Below are positions 8,015 to 18,818 of a stretch of DNA of 29,908 nucleotides, piece after piece. Both the position numbers and the translations under genes were made by a program. A model generated the notes under the pieces. The model searched no databases and had not been told where the DNA came from. It worked only from the letters and a program-made list of their open reading frames with translations. Numbering within the stretch: the stretch's first letter is position 1; each line of letters starts with the position of its first letter. The DNA lies in NCBI RefSeq assembly GCF_003334315.1, contig NZ_QOWR01000056.1. One strand, given 5' to 3'. This DNA is from Escherichia coli (GTDB lineage Bacteria; Pseudomonadota; Gammaproteobacteria; Enterobacterales; Enterobacteriaceae).

Positions 8015-11000
8015 ACATATTCACACTTTCCCTCGGTCTGGCCGTCATGCCGATGGTCGAGGCAGCACCAACCGCTCAGCAACAGTTGCTGGAGCAAGTT
8101 CGGTTAGGTGAAGCGACCCATCGTGAAGATCTGGTGCAACAGTCGTTATATCGGCTGGAACTTATTGATCCGAATAACCCGGACGTCGTTGCCGCCCGTT
8201 TCCGTTCTTTGTTACGTCAGGGCGATATTGATGGCGCGCAAAAACAGCTCGATCGGCTGTCTCAGTTAGCGCCGAGTTCAAATGCGTATAAATCGTCGCG
8301 GACTACGATGCTACTTTCCACGCCGGATGGTCGTCAGGCACTGCAACAGGCAAGATTGCAGGCGACTACCGGTCATGCGGAAGAAGCTGTGGCGAGTTAC
8401 AACAAACTGTTCAACGGTGCGCCGCCGGAAGGTGACATTGCTGTCGAGTACTGGAGTACGGTGGCGAAAATTCCGGCTCGCCGTGGCGAAGCGATCAATC
8501 AGTTAAAACGCATCAATGCGGATGCACCGGGCAACACGGGCCTGCAAAACAATCTGGCGCTATTGCTGTTTAGTAGCGATCGGCGTGACGAAGGCTTTGC
8601 CGTTCTGGAACAAATGGCGAAATCGAACGCCGGACGCGAGGGGGCCTCTAAAATCTGGTACGGGCAGATTAAAGACATGCCCGTCAGCGATGCCAGTGTG
8701 TCGGCGCTGAAAAAATATCTTTCGATCTTTAGCGATGGCGATAGCGTGGCGGCTGCACAATCGCAACTGGCAGAACAGCAAAAACAGCTGGCCGACCCTG
8801 CTTTCCGCGCTCGTGCGCAAGGTTTAGCGGCGGTGGACTCTGGTATGGCGGGTAAAGCCATTCCCGAACTACAACAGGCAGTGCGGGCGAACCCGAAAGA
8901 CAGTGAGGCTCTGGGGGCGCTGGGCCAGGCATATTCACAGAAAGGCGATCGCGCCAATGCAGTGGCGAATCTGGAAAAAGCCCTCGCACTGGACCCGCAC
9001 AGCAGCAACAACGACAAATGGAACAGTCTGCTGAAAGTAAACCGCTACTGGCTGGCGATCCAGCAGGGCGATGCTGCGCTGAAAGCCAATAATCCTGACC
9101 GGGCAGAACGCCTGTTCCAGCAGGCGCGTAATGTCGATAACACCGACAGTTATGCAGTGCTGGGGCTGGGCGATGTGGCGATGGCGCGCAAAGATTACCC
9201 CGCCGCTGAACGCTATTATCAGCAGACCCTGCGGATGGACAGCGGCAACACTAACGCCGTGCGCGGGCTGGCGAATATTTATCGCCAGCAGTCGCCAGAA
9301 AAAGCTGAAGCGTTTATCGCCTCGCTCTCTGCCAGCCAGCGGCGCAGCATTGATGATATCGAACGCAGCCTGCAAAACGACCGTCTGGCACAGCAGGCAG
9401 AGGCACTGGAAAACCAGGGCAAATGGGCGCAGGCGGCAGCACTTCAGCGGCAACGACTGGCGCTGGACCCCGGCAGCGTATGGATTACTTACCGACTTTC
9501 GCAGGATCTCTGGCAGGCCGGACAACGCAGCCAGGCTGATACGTTAATGCGCAATCTGGCGCAGCAGAAGCCGAATGACCCGGAGCAGGTTTACGCTTAC
9601 GGGCTGTATCTCTCTGGTCATGACCAGGACAGAGCGGCGCTGGCGCATATCAACAGCCTGCCGCGCGCGCAGTGGAACAACAATATTCAGGAGCTGGTTA
9701 ATCGCCTGCAAAGCGATCAGGTGCTGGAAACCGCTAATCGCCTGCGAGAAAGCGGCAAAGAAGCTGAAGCGGAAGCGATGCTGCGCCAGCAACCGCCCTC
9801 CACGCGTATTGACCTCACGCTGGCTGACTGGGCGCAGCAGCGACGTGATTACACCGCCGCCCGCGCTGCATATCAGAATGTCCTGACGCGGGAGCCAACT
9901 AACGCCGATGCCATTCTGGGGCTGACGGAAGTGGATATTGCTGCCGGTGACACAGCGGCAGCACGTAGCCAGCTGGCGAAACTGCCCGCTACCGATAACG
10001 CCTCGCTGAACACACAGCGGCGCGTGGCGCTGGCACAGGCACAGCTTGGAGATACCGCAGCGGCGCAGCAGACGTTTAATAAGTTGATCCCGCAGGCAAA
10101 ATCTCAGCCACCGTCGATGGAAAGCGCGATGGTGCTGCGCGACGGTGCGAAGTTTGAAGCGCAGGCGGGCGATCCAAAGCAGGCGCTGGAAACCTACAAA
10201 GACGCTATGGTCGCATCCGGTGTGACTACGACGCGTCCGCAGGATAACGACACCTTTACCCGACTGACCCGTAACGACGAGAAAGATGACTGGCTGAAAC
10301 GCGGCGTGCGCAGCGATGCGGCGGACCTCTATCGCCAGCAGGATCTTAACGTCACCCTTGAGCATGATTATTGGGGATCGAGCGGCACCGGTGGTTACTC
10401 CGATCTGAAAGCGCACACCACTATGTTGCAGGTGGACGCGCCGTATTCTGACGGGCGGATGTTCTTTCGCAGTGATTTCGTCAATATGAACGTCGGCAGT
10501 TTCTCCACGAATGCCGATGGCAAATGGGATGACAACTGGGGCACCTGTACATTACAGGACTGTAGCGGCAACCGCAGCCAGTCGGATTCCGGTGCCAGCG
10601 TGGCGGTCGGCTGGCGAAATGACGTCTGGAGCTGGGATATCGGCACCACGCCGATGGGCTTCAACGTGGTGGATGTGGTCGGCGGCATCAGTTACAGCGA
10701 TGATATCGGGCCGCTGGGTTACACCGTTAACGCCCACCGTCGGCCCATCTCCAGTTCTTTGCTGGCCTTTGGTGGGCAAAAAGACTCCCCGAGTAATACC
10801 GGGAAAAAATGGGGCGGTGTGCGTGCGGACGGCGTGGGGCTAAGCCTGAGCTACGATAAAGGTGAAGCAAACGGCGTCTGGGCATCGCTTAGTGGCGACC
10901 AGTTAACCGGTAAAAATGTCGAAGATAACTGGCGCGTGCGCTGGATGACGGGCTATTACTATAAGGTCATTAACCAGAACAATCGCCGCGTCACAATCGG

Positions 11001-11469
11001 CCTGAACAACATGATCTGGCATTACGACAAAGATCTGAGTGACTACTCACTCGGTCAGGGCGGTTACTACAGTCCGCAGGAATACCTGTCGTTTGCCATA
11101 CCGGTGATGTGGCGGGAGCGCACGGAAAACTGGTCGTGGGAGCTGGGTGCGTCTGGCTCGTGGTCGCATTCACGCACCAAAACCATGCCGCGTTATCCGC
11201 TGATGAATCTGATCCCGACCGACTGGCAGGAAGAAGCTGCGCGGCAATCCAACGATGGCGGCAGCAGTCAGGGCTTCGGCTACACGGCGCGGGCATTACT
11301 TGAACGACGTGTTACTTCCAACTGGTTTGTTGGCACGGCAATTGATATCCAGCAGGCGAAAGATTACGCACCCAGCCATTTCCTGCTCTACGTACGTTAT
11401 TCCGCCGCCGGATGGCAGGGTGACATGGATTTACCGCCGCAGCCGCTGATACCTTACGCCGACTGGTAA
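7996..11469 (+). CDS. bcsC: Cellulose synthase outer-membrane/TPR subunit BcsC, 1157 aa
   Basis: ORF 7996..11469 with AGGA Shine-Dalgarno; signal peptide, Ala/Leu/Gln-rich TPR-like N-terminal two thirds and a Gly/Ser/Trp/Tyr-rich beta-barrel-like C-terminus; overlaps the bcsZ 3' end by 19 nt. Confidence 0.9.
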   Translation: MRKFTLNIFTLSLGLAVMPMVEAAPTAQQQLLEQVRLGEATHREDLVQQSLYRLELIDPNNPDVVAARFRSLLRQGDIDGAQKQLDRLSQLAPSSNAYKSSRTTMLLSTPDGRQALQQARLQATTGHAEEAVASYNKLFNGAPPEGDIAVEYWSTVAKIPARRGEAINQLKRINADAPGNTGLQNNLALLLFSSDRRDEGFAVLEQMAKSNAGREGASKIWYGQIKDMPVSDASVSALKKYLSIFSDGDSVAAAQSQLAEQQKQLADPAFRARAQGLAAVDSGMAGKAIPELQQAVRANPKDSEALGALGQAYSQKGDRANAVANLEKALALDPHSSNNDKWNSLLKVNRYWLAIQQGDAALKANNPDRAERLFQQARNVDNTDSYAVLGLGDVAMARKDYPAAERYYQQTLRMDSGNTNAVRGLANIYRQQSPEKAEAFIASLSASQRRSIDDIERSLQNDRLAQQAEALENQGKWAQAAALQRQRLALDPGSVWITYRLSQDLWQAGQRSQADTLMRNLAQQKPNDPEQVYAYGLYLSGHDQDRAALAHINSLPRAQWNNNIQELVNRLQSDQVLETANRLRESGKEAEAEAMLRQQPPSTRIDLTLADWAQQRRDYTAARAAYQNVLTREPTNADAILGLTEVDIAAGDTAAARSQLAKLPATDNASLNTQRRVALAQAQLGDTAAAQQTFNKLIPQAKSQPPSMESAMVLRDGAKFEAQAGDPKQALETYKDAMVASGVTTTRPQDNDTFTRLTRNDEKDDWLKRGVRSDAADLYRQQDLNVTLEHDYWGSSGTGGYSDLKAHTTMLQVDAPYSDGRMFFRSDFVNMNVGSFSTNADGKWDDNWGTCTLQDCSGNRSQSDSGASVAVGWRNDVWSWDIGTTPMGFNVVDVVGGISYSDDIGPLGYTVNAHRRPISSSLLAFGGQKDSPSNTGKKWGGVRADGVGLSLSYDKGEANGVWASLSGDQLTGKNVEDNWRVRWMTGYYYKVINQNNRRVTIGLNNMIWHYDKDLSDYSLGQGGYYSPQEYLSFAIPVMWRERTENWSWELGASGSWSHSRTKTMPRYPLMNLIPTDWQEEAARQSNDGGSSQGFGYTARALLERRVTSNWFVGTAIDIQQAKDYAPSHFLLYVRYSAAGWQGDMDLPPQPLIPYADW

Positions 11470-11550
11470 GTTTTCAGATAGCGCCTCTCTTAATGCCGCT
11501 GCGATCGGGTATACTCGGGCGGCAATCTGGGATTTCCGGGGGGAGACAAT

Positions 11551-13539
11551 TTGCGCGTAAGTCGCTCGTTAACAATCAAGCAGATGGCAATGGTGGCAGC
11601 CGTTGTCCTGGTGTTCGTTTTTATTTTTTGCACCGTTTTGCTGTTCCATCTGGTCCAGCAGAATCGCTATAACACGGCTACGCAACTGGAAAGCATTGCT
11701 CGCTCTGTCCGCGAACCCTTATCTTCAGCTATTTTGAAAGGCGATATTCCCGAAGCGGAAGCTATTCTTGCCAGCATTAAACCGGCAGGCGTGGTCAGCC
11801 GTGCCGATGTAGTGCTGCCTAACCAGTTCCAGGCGCTGCGTAAAAGTTTTATTCCAGAGCGCCCGGTGCCGGTAATGGTTACTCGCCTGTTTGAGCTACC
11901 GGTTCAAATCTCGCTGGGCGTTTACTCGCTCGAACGTCCGGCAAACCCGCAGCCAATTGCCTATCTGGTACTACAGGCGGATTCCTTCCGTATGTATAAG
12001 TTCGTGATGAGCACCCTCTCAACGTTAGTGACCATTTACTTACTTTTGTCGCTTATCCTGACCGTCGCCATCAGCTGGTGCATTAACCGCCTGATTTTGC
12101 ATCCGTTACGCAATATTGCTCGCGAACTTAACGCCATCCCAGCCAAGGAGCTTGTTGGTCACCAACTGGCATTACCGCGTCTGCATCAGGACGATGAAAT
12201 CGGTATGTTGGTGCGCAGTTACAACCTCAACCAGCAATTGCTGCAGCGCCATTATGAAGAACAGAACGAAAATGCGATGCGCTTCCCGGTGTCGGATTTG
12301 CCGAACAAAGCCTTGCTGATGGAGATGCTGGAGCAGGTTGTCGCGCGTAAACAAACCACCGCGCTGATGATCATCACCTGTGAAACCCTGCGTGATACTG
12401 CGGGCGTGCTGAAAGAGGCGCAACGAGAAATTCTGCTGCTGACGCTGGTGGAAAAACTCAAATCGGTACTGTCGCCACGTATGATCCTCGCGCAGATTAG
12501 CGGTTATGACTTTGCTGTCATTGCCAACGGTGTACAGGAACCGTGGCACGCAATCACCTTAGGTCAGCAAGTGCTCACTATCATGAGCGAGCGCCTGCCG
12601 ATTGAACGTATTCAACTCCGTCCGCACTGTAGCATTGGCGTGGCGATGTTCTACGGCGATCTCACCGCCGAACAGCTTTACAGTCGCGCTATTTCTGCGG
12701 CATTTACCGCTCGCCATAAAGGCAAGAATCAGATTCAGTTCTTTGATCCGCAGCAGATGGAAGCCGCCCAGAAGCGGTTGACGGAAGAGAGCGATATCCT
12801 TAATGCACTGGAAAATCATCAGTTTGCTATTTGGTTACAGCCACAGGTCGAGATGACCAGCGGAAAACTGGTCAGTGCGGAAGTGTTACTGCGTATCCAG
12901 CAACCGGATGGCAGTTGGGACCTGCCGGATGGCTTAATCGATCGCATTGAGTGCTGTGGGCTGATGGTTACCGTCGGTCACTGGGTGCTGGAAGAGTCCT
13001 GTCGATTGCTTGCAGCCTGGCAAGAGCGCGGCATTATGCTGCCCTTGTCGGTAAACCTCTCTGCGCTGCAACTGATGCACCCAAATATGGTGGCGGATAT
13101 GCTGGAACTGTTAACCCGCTATCGCATTCAGCCGGGAACACTGATTCTGGAAGTGACAGAAAGCCGACGTATTGACGACCCTCATGCTGCGGTGGCAATC
13201 CTCCGTCCGCTGCGCAATGCCGGAGTTCGGGTGGCGCTGGATGATTTCGGCATGGGCTACGCAGGGCTGCGTCAGCTGCAGCATATGAAATCGTTGCCAA
13301 TCGACGTACTGAAAATCGACAAAATGTTTGTTGAAGGCTTGCCGGGAGATAGCAGCATGATTGCTGCAATTATCATGCTGGCGCAGAGCCTGAACTTACA
13401 AATGATTGCCGAAGGCGTGGAGACTGAAGCACAACGCGACTGGCTGGCAAAAGCGGGCGTTGGTATTGCCCAGGGCTTCCTTTTTGCTCGCCCACTCCCT
13501 ATTGAAATCTTCGAAGAGAGTTACCTGGAAGAAAAGTAG
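11551..13539 (+). CDS. pdeK: c-di-GMP phosphodiesterase PdeK (YhjK): transmembrane/HAMP, degenerate GGDEF and EAL domains
   Basis: ORF 11551..13539 from a TTG start preceded by GGGGGGAGA; an alternative ATG lies at 11584. Degenerate GGDEF-position motif SGYDF and EAL-position motif EVL visible in the translation. Confidence 0.8.
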
Positions 13540-13564
13540 CTACCCCAAACTGATTACAAAACTT

Positions 13565-13618
13565 TAAAAAGTGCTGGTTTGTGCGAGCCAGCTCAAACTT
13601 TTTAACCTTTTTGTTTCA
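13565..13618 (+). terminator. Imperfect extended palindrome plus T-rich tract between pdeK and dctA; candidate pdeK terminator and/or dctA upstream regulatory site (CRP-like TGTGC-N6-GCTCA)
   Basis: ttaaaaagt-gctgg-tttgtgcga-gccagc-tcaa-actttttaa, followed by cctttttgtttc. Both readings are inference. Confidence 0.3.
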
Positions 13619-13685
13619 ATTATGATCCAGGTACATTTCTGTGATGTTGTCTGGGTGTTATTTTAAGGCCGCAGGTACCCCATAA

Positions 13686-15008
<1,323 letters not shown>

Positions 15009-15021
15009 TCTCATCACTTAT

Positions 15022-15109
15022 GCCCGCACTCCCTTCCCCGAGTGCGGGTGTTTGCGCATAATTGACCCCTGTGCCTGAACTTACCACCTGGGTGAGTTCA
15101 GGTTTATTT
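15022..15109 (+). terminator. Two tandem stem-loops downstream of dctA; the second is a strong intrinsic-terminator candidate
   Basis: Hairpin 1 at 15022..15049 (gcccgcactc / gagtgcgggt, 8-nt loop). Hairpin 2 at 15074..15102 (cctgaacttacc / ggtgagttcagg, about 12 bp) followed by tttattt. Confidence 0.5.
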
Positions 15110-15228
15110 CACTTCTTCCGTGACATTTTCATGTTCTTGCGGTCTAACACGAAGTGTTTTTAACGTCATTTAGACTGACCGACAACGGGCAGTTTTTTTA
15201 TTACCAGGATAGTTGATCAGGGGTTCAC

Positions 15229-16725
15229 ATGCAGGGCACAAAAATTCGACTTTTAGCGGGCGGTTTGCTGATGATGGCCACTGCTGGCTATGTGCAGGCA
15301 GATGCGCTCCAGCCTGATCCAGCATGGCAACAGGGGACGCTTTCCAACGGTTTACAGTGGCAAGTGCTGACCACCCCCCAGCGTCCCAGCGATCGTGTTG
15401 AAATTCGCCTGCTGGTTAATACCGGTTCGCTCGCCGAAAGTACACAACAGAGCGGTTACAGTCACGCCATCCCTCGTATTGCGCTAACGCAAAGCGGTGG
15501 CCTTGACGCAGCACAGGCGCGTTCATTGTGGCAGCAGGGGATCGACCCTAAACGCCCGATGCCGCCGGTAATTGTCTCTTATGACACCACGCTGTTTAAT
15601 CTGAGTTTGCCCAATAACCGTAACGATTTGCTGAAAGAAGCGCTCTCTTATCTGGCAAATGCCACTGGCAAATTGACCATCACACCAGAAACCATCAACC
15701 ACGCGCTGCAAAGTCAGGACATGGTGGCAACCTGGCCTGCCGATACTAAAGAGGGCTGGTGGCGCTATCGTCTGAAAGGGTCAACCTTGTTAGGTCACGA
15801 TCCTGCCGATCCGCTGAAACAACCCGTTGAAGCGGAAAAAATTAAAGATTTCTATCAGAAATGGTACACCCCGGATGCAATGACGCTACTGGTGGTGGGA
15901 AACGTGGATGCGCGCTCGGTTGTCGACCAAATAAACAAAACGTTTGGCGAACTGAAAGGCAAACGTGAAACGCCAGCTCCGGTGCCGACGCTTTCTCCGC
16001 TGCGTGCGGAAGCGGTGAGTATTATGACTGACGCGGTGCGTCAGGACCGGTTATCTATCATGTGGGATACGCCGTGGCAGCCGATTCGTGAATCAGCCGC
16101 ACTGCTGCGCTACTGGCGTGCGGACCTGGCCCGCGAGGCGCTGTTCTGGCATGTTCAGCAAGCGTTAAGCGCCAGTAACAGCAAAGACATCGGTCTTGGA
16201 TTTGACTGCCGTGTGCTGTATCTGCGTGCGCAGTGTGCCATCAACATCGAATCACCAAACGACAAGCTGAACAGCAACCTTAATCTGGTGGCGCGTGAAC
16301 TGGCGAAGGTTCGCGATAAAGGTCTGCCGGAAGAAGAGTTCAATGCGTTAGTGGCGCAAAAGAAACTGGAGCTGCAGAAACTGTTTGCCGCCTATGCACG
16401 AGCTGATACCGATATTCTGATGGGTCAGCGGATGCGTTCGTTGCAAAATCAGGTTGTCGATATCGCGCCGGAGCAATATCAGAAACTGCGGCAGGATTTC
16501 CTTAATAGCCTGACGGTAGAGATGTTAAATCAGGATCTGCGTCAACAGTTGTCGAATGATATGGCGTTAATACTGCTGCAGCCGAAAGGCGAGCCGGAAT
16601 TTAACATGAAAGCGTTGCAGGCGGTCTGGGATCAAATCATGGCCCCATCTACCGCCGCTGCGACCACCTCTGTCGCCACGGATGACGTACATCCTGAAGT
16701 GACGGATATTCCACCTGCACAGTAA
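15229..16725 (+). CDS. yhjJ: YhjJ, periplasmic M16-family (pitrilysin-like) protein, 498 aa
   Basis: ORF 15229..16725 with signal peptide MQGTKIRLLAGGLLMMATAGYVQA; identified from recall of K-12 YhjJ. No HxxEH zinc motif in the translation. Confidence 0.9.
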   Translation: MQGTKIRLLAGGLLMMATAGYVQADALQPDPAWQQGTLSNGLQWQVLTTPQRPSDRVEIRLLVNTGSLAESTQQSGYSHAIPRIALTQSGGLDAAQARSLWQQGIDPKRPMPPVIVSYDTTLFNLSLPNNRNDLLKEALSYLANATGKLTITPETINHALQSQDMVATWPADTKEGWWRYRLKGSTLLGHDPADPLKQPVEAEKIKDFYQKWYTPDAMTLLVVGNVDARSVVDQINKTFGELKGKRETPAPVPTLSPLRAEAVSIMTDAVRQDRLSIMWDTPWQPIRESAALLRYWRADLAREALFWHVQQALSASNSKDIGLGFDCRVLYLRAQCAINIESPNDKLNSNLNLVARELAKVRDKGLPEEEFNALVAQKKLELQKLFAAYARADTDILMGQRMRSLQNQVVDIAPEQYQKLRQDFLNSLTVEMLNQDLRQQLSNDMALILLQPKGEPEFNMKALQAVWDQIMAPSTAAATTSVATDDVHPEVTDIPPAQ

Positions 16726-16726
16726 T

Positions 16727-16766
16727 GCCTGATGGTGATGAGTTAGCACAACCATCAGGTATTTAT
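16727..16766. terminator. Stem-loop between convergent yhjJ and kdgK, possible shared terminator
   Basis: cctgatggt ... accatcagg, 9-bp stem with 14-nt loop, followed by tatttat. Confidence 0.35.
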
Positions 16767-16820
16767 GGATGAGCTGGATAGAGGGGTAACACTTTATCCA
16801 GCCTTTTGCATATGCTGCGT

Positions 16821-17750
16821 TTACGCTGGCATCGCCTCACGCGGGATAATCGCGCCGCGATACTGAATAACGGTACTTGCGGTCAGGTGCCCACGTTTCG
16901 CCGCGTCTTCCGCGCTGCCGCCTGTCAGACGTACCGCCAGATAACCGGCACTGAAAGAGTCGCCAGCTGCGGTGGTATCGATCACTTTTTCTTTCGGCAG
17001 TTTCACCGCCGGAACATCCACTAACCCTTCGCCAGCAATGGACACCAGGCAAGAATCCGCCCCGCGTTTCACCACCACTTCTTTCACGCCCGCGTTATGG
17101 GTGCGCGCAATGACGTCTTCCACCGGCTGTTGACCCCACAGCGCGTCTTCGTCGTCCAGCGTCAGGAAGGCGATATCCGTGCATTCCAGCATTTGTTGGT
17201 ACACCTGCTGTGTCTCTTCTTTGCTGGCCCACAGGCGCGGACGATAGTTATTGTCGAAAATCACTTTTCCGCCGTTGGCGCGGCATTCGCGCAGCAGGGA
17301 AAGCAGCTTTTCGCGGCTGGTCGGGCTTAAGATCGCCAGGCTAATCCCGCTCAGGTAGAGATAATCGAAATTCGCCAGCTCTTCGCAAATCGCCGCAGAC
17401 TGCTCACTCTCCAGCCAGAATTTGGCGGCGGCTTCGTTCCGCCAGTAGTAGAACGTACGCTCGCCGGTGCTGTCGGTTTCAATGTAGTAAAGGCCCGGCA
17501 GACGGTTTTCCATCCGTTGGGTCAGGGAAGTATCAACGTTCTCGCCGTGCCAGGCGTCCAGCATCTGCTGGCTAAAACTGTCCGTTCCCAGCGCCGTTAC
17601 GTAATGAACGGTTAATGCCGCAGGATCGACCTGACGGGCGATATAGACGGAAGTGTTCAGGGTATCGCCGCCGAAACCGCGCTTAACGTCCGCGCCTTTC
17701 TCGGAAAGCTCAATCATGCATTCGCCAATCACGGCAATCTTTTTGGACAT
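16821..17750 (-). CDS. kdgK: 2-dehydro-3-deoxygluconokinase KdgK (PfkB family), 309 aa
   Basis: ATG at 17748..17750 on the minus strand (MSKKIAVIGECMIELSEKG...), within the longer track ORF 16821..18098; length matches K-12 KdgK from recall. Confidence 0.9.
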   Translation of the reverse strand: MSKKIAVIGECMIELSEKGADVKRGFGGDTLNTSVYIARQVDPAALTVHYVTALGTDSFSQQMLDAWHGENVDTSLTQRMENRLPGLYYIETDSTGERTFYYWRNEAAAKFWLESEQSAAICEELANFDYLYLSGISLAILSPTSREKLLSLLRECRANGGKVIFDNNYRPRLWASKEETQQVYQQMLECTDIAFLTLDDEDALWGQQPVEDVIARTHNAGVKEVVVKRGADSCLVSIAGEGLVDVPAVKLPKEKVIDTTAAGDSFSAGYLAVRLTGGSAEDAAKRGHLTASTVIQYRGAIIPREAMPA

Positions 17751-17816
17751 AGTCGTGAACCTGATCTGTAAAAAATTAGCGTTAGTTTGCGCTGTGGTGG
17801 TTTGCTGGTCAACCAT

Positions 17817-17835
17817 ATTAAAACAGTGTTCCATT
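17817..17835. promoter_or_regulatory. Candidate KdgR operator upstream of kdgK
   Basis: attaaaacagtgttccatt matches the remembered KdgR box AATRAAAYRNYRTTTYATT at about 16 of 18 defined positions; 67-85 bp upstream of the kdgK ATG. Confidence 0.4.
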
Positions 17836-17906
17836 ATTTTTTTGAGCCAGAACGTATTCCTGAAAGATTCCGTTGTGGAGTGAGGAAATTTACCCCGGCC
17901 AGGCGG

Positions 17907-17933
17907 TAAAGTTCTGCCCTTACGCGCCGATAA
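17907..17933 (+). promoter_or_regulatory. Sigma28 (FliA) class 3 flagellar promoter for pdeH
   Basis: TAAAGTTC - 11 nt - GCCGATAA, essentially the sigma28 consensus (TAAAGTTT-N11-GCCGATAA), about 50 bp upstream of the pdeH ATG. Confidence 0.7.
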
Positions 17934-17981
17934 TCTTTGTCGAGTCCGGGCAGCATCACTTTTAAACACAGGACATCTTTG

Positions 17982-18749
17982 ATGATAAGGCAGGTTATCC
18001 AGCGAATAAGCAACCCTGAAGCAAGCATCGAGAGCTTGCAGGAACGGCGTTTTTGGTTGCAGTGTGAGCGTGCTTACACCTGGCAGCCGATCTATCAAAC
18101 ATGCGGGCGGTTAATGGCCGTGGAGCTATTAACGGTGGTCACGCATCCCTTGAACCCTTCGCAACGCCTGCCGCCGGATCGCTATTTTACTGAAATCACC
18201 GTCAGCCATCGGATGGAGGTTGTGAAAGAGCAGATTGATTTGCTGGCGCAAAAAGCCGACTTCTTTATAGAGCACGGCCTGCTGGCATCGGTCAATATTG
18301 ATGGCCCTACGCTCATCGCCCTGCGTCAGCAACCAAAAATCCTGCGCCAGATTGAGCGTCTTCCCTGGCTGCGTTTCGAACTGGTGGAGCATATCCGTCT
18401 GCCGAAAGATTCAACCTTTGCCTCGATGTGTGAATTTGGCCCGCTGTGGCTGGATGATTTTGGTACCGGGATGGCAAATTTCTCTGCGCTAAGTGAAGTG
18501 CGTTATGACTACATCAAAATCGCGCGAGAACTGTTTGTGATGCTGCGTCAGTCGCCGGAAGGACGCACACTCTTTTCTCAGCTTTTACATCTAATGAATC
18601 GCTATTGTCGCGGGGTGATTGTCGAGGGCGTAGAAACGCCGGAAGAGTGGCGTGATGTTCAGAACTCGCCCGCATTCGCCGCACAAGGCTGGTTTCTTTC
18701 ACGCCCGGCACCGATAGAAACGCTGAATACGGCGGTTCTGGCGCTATAA
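17982..18749 (+). CDS. pdeH: c-di-GMP phosphodiesterase PdeH (YhjH), EAL-only, 255 aa
   Basis: ATG at 17982 (MIRQVIQRISNPEASIESLQERRFWLQ...) inside track ORF 17937..18749; EAL-position motif ELL and DDFGTG motif visible. Confidence 0.9.
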   Translation: MIRQVIQRISNPEASIESLQERRFWLQCERAYTWQPIYQTCGRLMAVELLTVVTHPLNPSQRLPPDRYFTEITVSHRMEVVKEQIDLLAQKADFFIEHGLLASVNIDGPTLIALRQQPKILRQIERLPWLRFELVEHIRLPKDSTFASMCEFGPLWLDDFGTGMANFSALSEVRYDYIKIARELFVMLRQSPEGRTLFSQLLHLMNRYCRGVIVEGVETPEEWRDVQNSPAFAAQGWFLSRPAPIETLNTAVLAL

Positions 18750-18818
18750 GCTGCCTCATTTTCCGCCTGGCTGGACTATCTTTAGGACTGGCACAGGAAG
18801 AATATGAGGAAGCGAACG

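Noticed and set aside
9544-10416. 290-aa ORF on the minus strand inside bcsC (and neighbouring antisense ORFs 8499..9525)
   Set aside because: Antisense to the bcsC TPR region; Arg/Cys/Leu-rich low-complexity translations; no independent support.
16821-18098. 425-aa extended version of the kdgK ORF offered by the six-frame track
   Set aside because: The 116-codon N-terminal extension would run through the kdgK promoter/operator, the sigma28 promoter and into the divergent pdeH coding start; the 309-aa start at 17750 matches KdgK.
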